The position numbers and the translations under genes were made by a program. From positions 65,473 to 129,472 of IMG/VR virus record IMGVR_UViG_3300027754_000047: a DNA stretch of 64,000 nucleotides; one strand, written 5' to 3'. Under the pieces are notes generated by a model. It had not been told where the DNA came from. It did no database searches and was given only the letters and a program-made list of their open reading frames with translations. Shown one piece after another: positions 28,275-37,434 of the stretch. This stretch comes from a virus. Within the stretch, counting starts at the first letter, position 1. Each line of letters starts with the position of its first letter.

Positions 28275-30950
28275 TTAATGCAGATTTATAGCCTGTTTAA
28301 GGAAGGCTGTACGCATGCTTTTCATGCGCTTAGTGGCCGTAACTAGAGAGTTCCATAAGGGTTTAGGGCATACCAGCTTAGTTTGGTCATCCACGGTTAA
28401 CTCTACGGCTCCTAACTCCTTAAGGTGGTTTATAGCTGCTACCCAGTCCACTATAGGTAGGTAGAAGAACCTCATTTGCCCCAATAGGGCAGTTAGATCA
28501 ACGGTGACAGTATCATCTAGGGGGTTCTTAAGTACTACCGGCTTTCGCTTAGGTTGAGGGCCGGTAAACGTCTTAAACATACCTGACTCTATACCTTCTT
28601 GAATTAAATTGATCAAATGAATCCCTGCTGCATTAGTGTTTATGTAGCCCTTTTCGGATACAAACCGCTTAGCTAGTGCTACCGAGTTAACAGGCACTCC
28701 TAGGGATTGCGCTAGTAGATTTATGTGGTCTAGTAACGCCACGCTATTGAGCGGCCTAACTGTCAACATTAATTGTAGTAATAGCGGGAACATCTTCTCA
28801 CTATTCAGTAAGGCGGTACTTTCACCGGTTAAGGGAATGTCTGCCCGTATAAAACTCCAATCTTTATCCTTACCTATAGCGGCAGCATTTAACGCATGAG
28901 TAACGACCAAGCTGTTACCTCCTTGCCCTTCTAGCCATCTGCTCAGCAACTTAGGACTAGATCTAGCTCCGTCGATAGCTACTGGCAAGTGATGTAGTAT
29001 AGCCAACTCCTTGGCTTCATCTAGGTCTTTTTTAGAATTCAAAGCTACAGTAACTAGGCCGAGGTCTATACGCAGTAAGTCAAATACATACTCTGCTAAG
29101 GAGCCTTTAGCGCCGACAAGCAAAGTGTTAGTGCGAGTGCCTTGTTCTATGTTGTTGTAAATGTTAGCTAATACTGTTGCAAGGCCGGCCAGGTAAGCGG
29201 CGGCTTCTCCCCCAGGGGCTAATAGAGGCGTTAAACAGTTAATTGTATCGCCTGCCATCATACTGACCTCAGCAGCAGGTACCGGCTCTTGTGCTATTAC
29301 AAACGGCATTCCTACTCTGATTTGTTGGGGGTCGATAGACATTAACGGAGTATTAAACCGAGTAGTTTCTGGGTCGTAACCTACATACCCTTGAACTGCA
29401 TGTACTTCCGGGCTGCTAAAGCGTAGAACAACGTCTAAGAATTTCTTGCGAATGCTTTCAGCTATATAGGGCTGAATAGGAACAACTCCAGCAGCCAATA
29501 GAGTAGCTATTACAGTCTTAGGACTGGACTCCAAAGCTTCCTCATCTACTTGAAAGTTAATTTGCTGGTCATCTACCATAATGTAACCAAAGATCGATCC
29601 AGTGCCATCATGCTTGTTTCGACATATATAGGTTACCCGCACTAGGAAATTAGTTACTGCTTCGTCTGGTATTTCCCTGGACCCTTGAATCCACAGCTTT
29701 CCATCGCGCTCCAAGAGAATTTTACCGCCCATCATTATAGGTTGGGAAGTAAAACTGTGGGTTAGGAGTTGGGCTATCTCAACTCTAACCTCTTGTGGGC
29801 AAGCAGCAAGAATTAAGTTCTTTTGGAATTCAGTAAGGTTTAAAGCTTCTAAAGTAACTTTACTCTTTCCTAGGCCTTGACTAAGCAAGTCCGCCGTTAA
29901 GTAGTCAACAGGATCCTGCAGTTTGTACTTGGCAATTTCTTTATGAATAATTGGCATTAGGTTATTTTGCCATAACTTAGCCACCTTCTCGGTTGGCCGC
30001 CATATATAAGGGGCATCTACGTCCAACACCTTGAAACCTCGAATACTTACACAGGTCTTAAAGAAGGCAGTATCCGGGTCATCTTGCCAAACTACGGACT
30101 GGCCCCGTAGCGCTGTGCAGTCCAATTCCCCTACAAATCCCTTAGCTACCACCGCTATTTTGTTATAACGCTCTAAAGTGCACTTATGGTGAATTCTGGC
30201 TGCTTGCAGCGGGTGGGCCATTATGTACGTAGTGTCGGCGTTACGTAAAGTAGCCTCGCCTAAGCCGCAAAAACCACAAGCTCGTTCGGTAAACATGTTG
30301 TGGTATAGCAGCAGGTCTTTAGGGCCAATAAGGCCAAAGCCGCAAATGAATCCAGGCTTCATGTAAAACGGCATTACCAAAGCCCCTTCAGCGTACTTAG
30401 GAATTCCGGTTAAAGAGTCTTGTAGTAAGTCTTCTAATTCCCACCTAGGCATATAACCAAACCAATTGATAAGGCCTCTGTTGAAGGTATCTTGGCCTGA
30501 CCAAAGGTTAAGTTCATTTAATCGACCTACTGCTAAGTCGGCAGCCCTAGGGTACATGTTGGCCCTAGCCTTTTCCCAAAGCAATTGGATTCGGTTGTAG
30601 TAGGTATCGTAGAAACTACAATACAAAGCAATATCAACTGCATTTAAGGACTTTACTTTGAGTTCTTCTTGTATTTGAGCTATAATGGCTTGCGGATTTG
30701 AGATTTTGTAAGCTTGCCCGTATAGTCTAATTGCTTCACCGGCCAGCTTACACCGGTCACAACAGAACCAGGCCTCAAAAGGGGCTACTCCAGTAATAAG
30801 CATTGATGCCGTCTTGCACTTAATGCATTTAACAAACCCGCCGGTCTTAGCCGGACAGTCTAGGCCTAACAATTTAAGAATTTTAGTATAATGTAAGGCC
30901 GTGAAGAACTCTTCGGAAGGAACATCATCTATGAGCCGTTGGATTGACAT
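28275..30950 (-). CDS. Large protein resembling a degenerate primase fused to a helicase-like region
   Basis: N-terminal CIKC...CDRC..GEAI CHC2-like Zn finger; LVMPFY..PGFICGF resembles the DnaG core; degenerate Walker A-like LLVGAKGS. Confidence 0.5.
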   Translation of the reverse strand: MSIQRLIDDVPSEEFFTALHYTKILKLLGLDCPAKTGGFVKCIKCKTASMLITGVAPFEAWFCCDRCKLAGEAIRLYGQAYKISNPQAIIAQIQEELKVKSLNAVDIALYCSFYDTYYNRIQLLWEKARANMYPRAADLAVGRLNELNLWSGQDTFNRGLINWFGYMPRWELEDLLQDSLTGIPKYAEGALVMPFYMKPGFICGFGLIGPKDLLLYHNMFTERACGFCGLGEATLRNADTTYIMAHPLQAARIHHKCTLERYNKIAVVAKGFVGELDCTALRGQSVVWQDDPDTAFFKTCVSIRGFKVLDVDAPYIWRPTEKVAKLWQNNLMPIIHKEIAKYKLQDPVDYLTADLLSQGLGKSKVTLEALNLTEFQKNLILAACPQEVRVEIAQLLTHSFTSQPIMMGGKILLERDGKLWIQGSREIPDEAVTNFLVRVTYICRNKHDGTGSIFGYIMVDDQQINFQVDEEALESSPKTVIATLLAAGVVPIQPYIAESIRKKFLDVVLRFSSPEVHAVQGYVGYDPETTRFNTPLMSIDPQQIRVGMPFVIAQEPVPAAEVSMMAGDTINCLTPLLAPGGEAAAYLAGLATVLANIYNNIEQGTRTNTLLVGAKGSLAEYVFDLLRIDLGLVTVALNSKKDLDEAKELAILHHLPVAIDGARSSPKLLSRWLEGQGGNSLVVTHALNAAAIGKDKDWSFIRADIPLTGESTALLNSEKMFPLLLQLMLTVRPLNSVALLDHINLLAQSLGVPVNSVALAKRFVSEKGYINTNAAGIHLINLIQEGIESGMFKTFTGPQPKRKPVVLKNPLDDTVTVDLTALLGQMRFFYLPIVDWVAAINHLKELGAVELTVDDQTKLVCPKPLWNSLVTATKRMKSMRTAFLKQAINLH

Positions 30951-32403
30951 AACTAGTGACGTCTCGAAAAGGTACTACAACGCATTTACACAACAAGTGG
31001 AGATGCCTGAGTACGTAAAAACCGCTAATATCCTAACTGCTGAGGCTGCGGTTGGCATAGATTCTAACTCTTTTGCTGACTCGCAGCACCGAAAGTTTGC
31101 CTTAAATACTAAGGCTAACTGCTGGTGTTCAGCCCTTTATTTCTACGGAAACCAGTGTAACAACAAAGCTGAATGCAAACAAACCGAAGCTAAGCTAGCC
31201 TCGGCTGCAAATATCTGGGGTATCAACTCCGACATTGCGCGAATTAAGCAAGCATTTAGTACTCAAGCCGTAGAAGTTACCTACGCTTTAAGCTTTACCC
31301 ATAAGGGTACGGTAGTCAACCGCTGCCCTGATCACACTAAGGCAGCTGCTACGGCTAGTGCTCAGTGGTTATTTGATAACCGGTTTAACTTTCCGGTAAC
31401 CACGCAAAAGCAAGCAGCAGCCAGACTTTACGCTAAAGTCGATGCCGTTAAGTTAGGGCACTCTGCTGCCAACTACCTAGACCGCTTAGTTAATCCCGAC
31501 TGCTACAGTACGCTTAATACTAAGATTGCATTAGCTATCACGGATCGGCTACACGCAGTACCTACAACTAAGTGGACTGAACTAGAAGACACCTTGCTTA
31601 AGTTCGCTAATTCGCTCAACGCAGCTCCCTTCGAGATTTGCCAAGAGCCTAGTATCATTGCAACTGCATTAGAAAACTTAGATGTAAAGCACGGGTTTAC
31701 AGCTAAGTGGGGTTCTAGTTTTCAACACCCTGTCGATGTTTGCTTCCGGGCTAACCTTACTAAGGTAGCTGCAGCTGTTGACAGTACTATTCACCTTGTT
31801 ACAGGCACTCCCGTTGATCTTAATAAGATCAGCGACTTTCAATTGGAAAAAGGCCTTAAGATTGCAGGGGATGATTTCTTAGCTTACTGTCAAACCGATG
31901 GTTTAAATGTAGACCGCAATAAAGCAGCTGAGATTTTACCTACGTTGCCTAAGCCTGAAGCTCATAGATTTGAAGCAGCCATTAAGAAAGCTGGGTACAA
32001 CCCAGAAACAGCTTACACCTTAATGGATCGTTTGTTTGATAAGGAGAGCCAAGGCCCAGCAGGCCCCCCAATGCCAGGCCCTGCCCCAGAGCCTAATCCT
32101 TATGCTTTACAGCAGGGCGAAAATGACGCAAACCACGGCAATCGCTTGCAAGGTATGCAACAAGCAGCAGATGCAGCTAGAGCCCAAGCTGACTCATTAA
32201 ATGAAGACGCCGATCAAGCTGACCTAGATATTGAAGCGGCCCAAGCTCAAGCTGAAGCCGACCAACACCGTAGAGCCCGCATTGTCAATCCTCAATTGCC
32301 TATGCAGCCTGAACTAAAGCAAGCTGCCGCCGAGCCGGCAGTAGGTTGCACCAACCCAGATTGCGATTGCCTAAACTGCACAAACCCCAACTGCGGTAAA
32401 TAA
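30931..32403 (+). CDS. Hypothetical (putative head/core) protein rich in KxA motifs, with Cys-rich C-terminal tail
   Basis: ATG 30931 after GGAAGGA; FADSQHRKFALNTKANCWCSALYF; ends CTNPDCDCLNCTNPNCGK. Confidence 0.7.
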   Translation: MSRWIDITSDVSKRYYNAFTQQVEMPEYVKTANILTAEAAVGIDSNSFADSQHRKFALNTKANCWCSALYFYGNQCNNKAECKQTEAKLASAANIWGINSDIARIKQAFSTQAVEVTYALSFTHKGTVVNRCPDHTKAAATASAQWLFDNRFNFPVTTQKQAAARLYAKVDAVKLGHSAANYLDRLVNPDCYSTLNTKIALAITDRLHAVPTTKWTELEDTLLKFANSLNAAPFEICQEPSIIATALENLDVKHGFTAKWGSSFQHPVDVCFRANLTKVAAAVDSTIHLVTGTPVDLNKISDFQLEKGLKIAGDDFLAYCQTDGLNVDRNKAAEILPTLPKPEAHRFEAAIKKAGYNPETAYTLMDRLFDKESQGPAGPPMPGPAPEPNPYALQQGENDANHGNRLQGMQQAADAARAQADSLNEDADQADLDIEAAQAQAEADQHRRARIVNPQLPMQPELKQAAAEPAVGCTNPDCDCLNCTNPNCGK

Positions 32404-32410
32404 AACAACA

Positions 32411-32890
32411 ATGATTAAAATAGCCAACAATTTAGCTAACCTAGTAATTAAGCAGGCTGAATTGACCTCTGTCAAACAATCAGAGTGGTGGAACCCTATG
32501 AGCTGGTTTAGCTCAAGTTCCCCTGCTCAGGTTGCTCCGCCTCCTTCGACTTTAGGCTCTATGGAGTCCCAGTCTGAACGGGACGAGGCCCGGCAAGAAG
32601 CATTAGATAAGCAGATGCAAGCAGCAGGATTATTAAATAAGGGACCTCAGCAAGTAAGAGGCGGGGCCTTAATTAAACCAGACGGCAAAGCGGTTGATCC
32701 TGCTAGACAAGCTCAAGTAGATGCAGCCAACAATGCTCGTAAGGCAATTGGTATGACAACAGCACCAGTAGCTAAACCTATAGCTCCAGTAACTAGTACT
32801 GGAGCAGTAGTAACTAAACCTATAGCTCCAGTAGCTAAACCAAAAGGCGTACCTTCAGGACAAGGCGGAGCAGGAATAGACGAGTATTAA
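32411..32890 (+). CDS. Low-complexity protein with MIKIANNLANLVIKQA leader (putative virion internal protein)
   Basis: N-terminal 16 aa shared with 36157..36699; PVAKPIAPV repeats. Confidence 0.6.
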   Translation: MIKIANNLANLVIKQAELTSVKQSEWWNPMSWFSSSSPAQVAPPPSTLGSMESQSERDEARQEALDKQMQAAGLLNKGPQQVRGGALIKPDGKAVDPARQAQVDAANNARKAIGMTTAPVAKPIAPVTSTGAVVTKPIAPVAKPKGVPSGQGGAGIDEY

Positions 32891-32891
32891 A

Positions 32892-32927
32892 ATGATTAAA
32901 ATTGCTAACCCTAAATACAACCAATGA
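32892..32927 (+). other. 11-codon leader-stub mini-ORF (MIKIANPKYNQ*)
   Basis: Begins 1 nt after the stop at 32890; its TGA overlaps the ATG at 32924; first six residues are identical to the 32411 leader. Confidence 0.5.
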
Positions 32928-34342
32928 CCGATTTTTTAGCTGAAGCATCCTCTATTTTTAATTCAAAGTTCCGAGTTCAGTTCGGCTTTGATGGAGTGCA
33001 TTCAAGTGCGTTGAATGGACCAGGTGAAATGAGAAGAGCGGCTGGTTGGGGAGCAGACTCTACTCAGTTTACTTGGAAGAGATTTGTAACTTTAGAGGAC
33101 ACGTATAATCCTTATCCCAATCAATTGAATCCTTGGAGTCTTAAAAAATGGTACTTATGGGGGTGTAGAAAATTCCACTTCCATTGCCCCTTTGGGCGAG
33201 TGGCAGAAGGTAGGACTCAGGGAATGGTATATGAGGTGGATCAATACCTAACTGCTAAAGATGGGCTGATTGTAGGAGAGCAGATACAAAACACTGCTTG
33301 TCCTTGGATGGTGTGTGATTTTGTTGTTGTCATTAAAGCCTTGACAACAGGGAAAAAAGGTACGCTAGACGCTGCAACCTGGAATGCTTGGACTAAGGGG
33401 CCGGATGCATGGTTTAACCCAAGTGAGCCTATCGACCTAATAGTCTATATTGGGGGTATGGCCGATCCAGCAATATCTGATGCGGCATTTGGGGCATACA
33501 TCGATAGATGGGAAGCTTTGTTTAAAGCTGACCCAGCAGCGGGACTTAAAAGACTTAAAGCATCTGTTGCTCCACTAATCTCTGCTAACTGTAAAATTGG
33601 ATTTGATGCCAGTGTTGCTGCTCCTGGATCTGTTCCAGGTGCTAACGTACCACTAACATCTCAGAATAAGGAATTACAGCAAGGGTGGTGGACTTTTTGG
33701 AAATGGGTAGAGACTAAGATAGGTAAACAAAGAATGTACGTTGAGTCTCATCCATTTAAAAAGGATGGCTTATCTAATCCTTACCTTGGCTATAATGTAA
33801 TTGCAGACGACGATTGGTCCTATTCAAAGTGTTGCCCTGCTCAACCAAAAGGAGGAAGCGGAGCACACATGACTAGCGAGATGGGTGCAGCAGAGTTCTG
33901 GAGATGCATATGGCAAACTGCAGGAACTAGAACTCCTCTTATTTCAACTACTACTGGCGCTGTTACAGTGGCTGAAAGGTACGCATTCTTAGAAGCAGCA
34001 ACAAAAAGCGTTACCAGTTTTCCTTGTGATTTTGATGACTCAACTGAATTGAGACTAACCGCAGCAACTTGCTGTGAAGCAAATCACAACTACTATTGGG
34101 GAGATTTGTGGGCAGATATCATCGTGTACCATTTATTGAATAAGCAACATATCCGGGGAGAAACAAATCCCAAAGGTAATAACACAAAGAACGGAATAAT
34201 GGTTGGAGCAAGTCTTTTACAGATCTTGCCCTCGGCTTTTGTAGGAGACTCTAGATGTGATAGACAGTTTGGTGTTTTGTTTAAAACAAAAGACAGCTTC
34301 ATAGAATATTTAGCAGAAAAGATGTCACTTAGCTCCGTATAA
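32924..34342 (+). CDS. Hypothetical Trp-rich protein, possibly TIM-barrel/glycoside-hydrolase-like; accessory gene
   Basis: 472 aa; WGCRKFHFHCPFG, IGFDAS, MYVESHP; AGA/GGA-rich codon usage unlike its neighbours. Confidence 0.55.
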   Translation: MTDFLAEASSIFNSKFRVQFGFDGVHSSALNGPGEMRRAAGWGADSTQFTWKRFVTLEDTYNPYPNQLNPWSLKKWYLWGCRKFHFHCPFGRVAEGRTQGMVYEVDQYLTAKDGLIVGEQIQNTACPWMVCDFVVVIKALTTGKKGTLDAATWNAWTKGPDAWFNPSEPIDLIVYIGGMADPAISDAAFGAYIDRWEALFKADPAAGLKRLKASVAPLISANCKIGFDASVAAPGSVPGANVPLTSQNKELQQGWWTFWKWVETKIGKQRMYVESHPFKKDGLSNPYLGYNVIADDDWSYSKCCPAQPKGGSGAHMTSEMGAAEFWRCIWQTAGTRTPLISTTTGAVTVAERYAFLEAATKSVTSFPCDFDDSTELRLTAATCCEANHNYYWGDLWADIIVYHLLNKQHIRGETNPKGNNTKNGIMVGASLLQILPSAFVGDSRCDRQFGVLFKTKDSFIEYLAEKMSLSSV

Positions 34343-34369
34343 CTGCTAGTAATCAAAAAGGAAATCAAT

Positions 34370-35443
34370 ATGGCCGTACTGAGAAACTACATAGCATCCA
34401 TACACGACATACATGAGTACTGGGTACGGCCTGTGCTAGCTCCTAGGCAGGATGCTGGCCAGAAGGGGTATAACCCTTTGTGTCAGGGAGCTGCCGTAAA
34501 CTGGTCTGGCGTAAGCCTACGCTCTCGAGCGTTTGCGTCAGCCTTTCCAGTTGCAATGAGAATAAGCCTAGTGATACCGTTCAACGAAAACGATATCAAC
34601 TTCTACAACACTGCAAATCCGTGCGTAGTGCTCATATCGCCAAGCCACGGGCTGGTGTGTCAGCATTATAGGGGAACATTCGACCGGGGCCCGAGCGAGG
34701 AATACACTTTCCTCGGTCAGTCCGGCACTCGGCACACTCGAAACGTCACGAAGGCAACGCTAAACATAGGCGCCGACCATACGCTGTTGGAGTTTGCTTC
34801 TCCGTTTCCCGATGATGTCACGGTATACGATCACATAGCAGACGTCAGGTACATACCGCAGGGCAGGACCCTATGGGTTCACGACTGCAACGGCAAGGCG
34901 TACAAGTTGCAAATGCGGTCTGCAATTTATCGACAGGAAACTGTAAACGGAGCGCTAAAGTTTGTAGACAAAACTAACGGTTATGTTGCAGACGCGTTCC
35001 TAGACGCAAACAACCTGGGAGCAACGAATGGCAATGTGGCTCCGACCATATGGGTGGGAGACAGCGGCTCTCCTACATTCGTTATTGACGACGCCGGACG
35101 AACGATATTCATAGGACTCTATTCAGGCGGAATGCATGTGGACGAGGCTGAGCTAGCTGCGATAAATGCGCAGTTGCAGCCCATGGGATATTCCGTTCAG
35201 CATGTGAAGCTATCCGCAAAGCTAGAAGACGTAAACGGCGACGGAACTGTTGACGGATCGGATATGGCTATGGTGCTTTCTGCATGGGGAGCCGCACTCA
35301 AGGACGTCAACGGAGACGGAGTGGTTGATGCACAAGATCTGGCTAAGGTCATGGCAGCTTGGGGTGCATACGAATTAGCAAGAAGTAGTGTTCCTGTTAC
35401 AGCAATCGACGCGCCAATAAGTTCTAGTACAATACGAAAATGA
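34370..35443 (+). CDS. Trypsin-like serine protease with C-terminal dockerin-like (EF-hand) repeat pair
   Basis: Triad motifs LISPSHGLVCQH, ADHTLLEF, VGDSGSP; DVNGDGTVDGSDMAMVLSAWG and DVNGDGVVDAQDLAKVMAAWG. Confidence 0.85.
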   Translation: MAVLRNYIASIHDIHEYWVRPVLAPRQDAGQKGYNPLCQGAAVNWSGVSLRSRAFASAFPVAMRISLVIPFNENDINFYNTANPCVVLISPSHGLVCQHYRGTFDRGPSEEYTFLGQSGTRHTRNVTKATLNIGADHTLLEFASPFPDDVTVYDHIADVRYIPQGRTLWVHDCNGKAYKLQMRSAIYRQETVNGALKFVDKTNGYVADAFLDANNLGATNGNVAPTIWVGDSGSPTFVIDDAGRTIFIGLYSGGMHVDEAELAAINAQLQPMGYSVQHVKLSAKLEDVNGDGTVDGSDMAMVLSAWGAALKDVNGDGVVDAQDLAKVMAAWGAYELARSSVPVTAIDAPISSSTIRK

Positions 35444-35461
35444 TTAAACTGGAAGGCTATA

Positions 35462-36160
35462 ATGCCCGTTAAAAGCGTTACATCTCAACAAACCTACCAG
35501 CAGTTATGGCAAGACCGGGGCACTATTGGCTCGGTTTTGTTAACCCTAGTCTTGGACTCTTATGGCCAAGAAATATTTGATATGGATCCACAAGGCTTTC
35601 GCCTAGAATTGGAAGAATGCTTTGGAGTAGCTGACATTCCTGCTATTAGCACTGACAAAGTGTGGACGTTGTGGTCTGCTTTAACCACAGACCTGGTACA
35701 TACCGATCCAGCTACCTTTATTAATGCCGCTAATGTTTTAAACGGTACGCCGTTAAGCCACGACATCTTTGATATAGCAGACGTCTACGAGTGCGCTTGG
35801 GCTGTTACAGAATTAACGCTATTAGATCCTACTACTCCAGAGCGTTTAGGCTCCGGAGTGCGGCGGTATATAGGAGAGGTCTGTAAGGAGCAAGGCTTGT
35901 ATAGGCCGCCAGAGACCCTAGTACAAGTAGCTGACTTTGGGGGGCGCAACTACGCTAGTAACATCGAATCGCATGCGGTAGATAATGTAGAACTACAAAC
36001 TATGCTAAAGGCGCAGCAAGAGTTTTCCAATGATGTTAAGGCCTACGTCAATCGTCAAACCAACAAGCTTATGCTACAATTGAACAACACACCTCTAATT
36101 AACAAAGACTCAGCTAGTTGGAATAAGTTTGTCGGTAACTTTGGTAAGGTAACTAAATGA
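35462..36160 (+). CDS. Hypothetical phage protein
   Basis: 232 aa, GGAAGG RBS, codon usage like the phage backbone. Confidence 0.7.
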   Translation: MPVKSVTSQQTYQQLWQDRGTIGSVLLTLVLDSYGQEIFDMDPQGFRLELEECFGVADIPAISTDKVWTLWSALTTDLVHTDPATFINAANVLNGTPLSHDIFDIADVYECAWAVTELTLLDPTTPERLGSGVRRYIGEVCKEQGLYRPPETLVQVADFGGRNYASNIESHAVDNVELQTMLKAQQEFSNDVKAYVNRQTNKLMLQLNNTPLINKDSASWNKFVGNFGKVTK

Positions 36161-36699
36161 TTAAACTAGCAAACAACCTAACTAACCTAGTACTTAAGCA
36201 AGCCGGAGATCCTCAAGTAGGGTTTTCAGATGCTCAAGTTAAATGTACTCCTGGTATTGGGTGTAAGCGCTTATTGTCTAAAGCTGAGTTAGCCGAGGTT
36301 GCAGCAGCTGAAGCAAATATGCTACCTAACTTATTTGCTCAGCAAGGCGACCCGGTAAGCAGCCTAGTGTCTAGTCCTGGTTGGGCAGGCATTGGCCACG
36401 GTATTCTAGGGGCAGGTCTAGGCGGCGGTGCAGGTTACCTAGGGGCCAATATGACCAATAATAACGCAGCCCTAGGCTCAGGTATAGGCGCTGCCGCAGG
36501 CGGCCTATTAGGCTTGATCTACGGCACAGTAAATCGCACTCGTACTAATAACGACATTATGGACCTAATGGAAGATTTGCCAGTAGGTGCAGACATCGGA
36601 GATATAGAAACGTTTCACGACCCTAAGATTCGAGCTCAAATTGCAAGAGATTTCCAGCGCCAAATGTTGCGCCGAGGTATAGTTAACTCCTCTCAGTAA
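36157..36699 (+). CDS. Glycine-zipper protein with MIKLANNLTNLVLKQA leader (putative internal/ejection protein)
   Basis: GxxxG arrays GIGHGILGAGLGGGAGYLG and GSGIGAAAGGLLGLIYG; shared leader. Confidence 0.65.
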   Translation: MIKLANNLTNLVLKQAGDPQVGFSDAQVKCTPGIGCKRLLSKAELAEVAAAEANMLPNLFAQQGDPVSSLVSSPGWAGIGHGILGAGLGGGAGYLGANMTNNNAALGSGIGAAAGGLLGLIYGTVNRTRTNNDIMDLMEDLPVGADIGDIETFHDPKIRAQIARDFQRQMLRRGIVNSSQ

Positions 36700-36708
36700 G
36701 AAAATATA

Positions 36709-37380
36709 ATGACCCCCTACAGCCACCACCTCCCATCACACATTAAACAAAGCGCTAAGAAGCCTAAGGCCCAAGATCTATTAGATACTGAGTCTTGGAC
36801 CAGCGCCTTTAACGATTACCTCCCGGGCCTGGATGGTAGCGGAGTGCCGTCTATGGCTAGAACTGGCCGAGCATCAGCTATGGCTAGAGCTATAGGTATG
36901 GAAGAGCCTTTTTCCGTTAAGTATCCCCAGACCTCTCAAATCCTTACTATGCTTGGTACTACGGCCTTAGGCGCTACTGCAGGAGGCGTAATAGGCAATG
37001 CAAGTTCCCCTGGGGACGGTGGGATAGGTTTATTGCTTGGCGGCTACGCAGGCCTACTCGGCGGAGCTCTAGGTAATAGCTACTGGCGCCGGGATCACCT
37101 AAAGAACATAGCCGCAGAATTTGAAAAAGCCAAAACTTTAAAGCCCACTCCGCCTGAATTATTCGGTGAACTTGGCCGAGCCTTTACTCCCGGTAGCGGC
37201 ATCCACAACCTAGCGGATGTGCGAACTTACAACTACCTAAAGGGCAAAGATCCAAACAACCCTTCGCGCTACAGCGCTGAGGATTTAATGGGGTCAAGCT
37301 TTCCAATAATTGGAGGCTACAGTCAGAATCGAGACGCCACAGACGAGCTTGCTAAGCCCCGTAAGAAGACTAAGAAGTAA
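36709..37380 (+). CDS. Glycine-zipper membrane-active protein
   Basis: LGTTALGATAGGVIG and GIGLLLGGYAGLLGGALG; N-terminal HIKQSA. Confidence 0.65.
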   Translation: MTPYSHHLPSHIKQSAKKPKAQDLLDTESWTSAFNDYLPGLDGSGVPSMARTGRASAMARAIGMEEPFSVKYPQTSQILTMLGTTALGATAGGVIGNASSPGDGGIGLLLGGYAGLLGGALGNSYWRRDHLKNIAAEFEKAKTLKPTPPELFGELGRAFTPGSGIHNLADVRTYNYLKGKDPNNPSRYSAEDLMGSSFPIIGGYSQNRDATDELAKPRKKTKK

Positions 37381-37399
37381 GCATCAGCTAAATAACTTT

Positions 37400-37434
37400 A
37401 AAAACAAACCCGACACTAAGTCGGGTTTGTTTTT
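37400..37434. terminator. Bidirectional intrinsic terminator
   Basis: Perfect 15-bp inverted repeat AAAAACAAACCCGAC-actaa-GTCGGGTTTGTTTTT with T tracts on both strands, between convergent genes. Confidence 0.9.
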
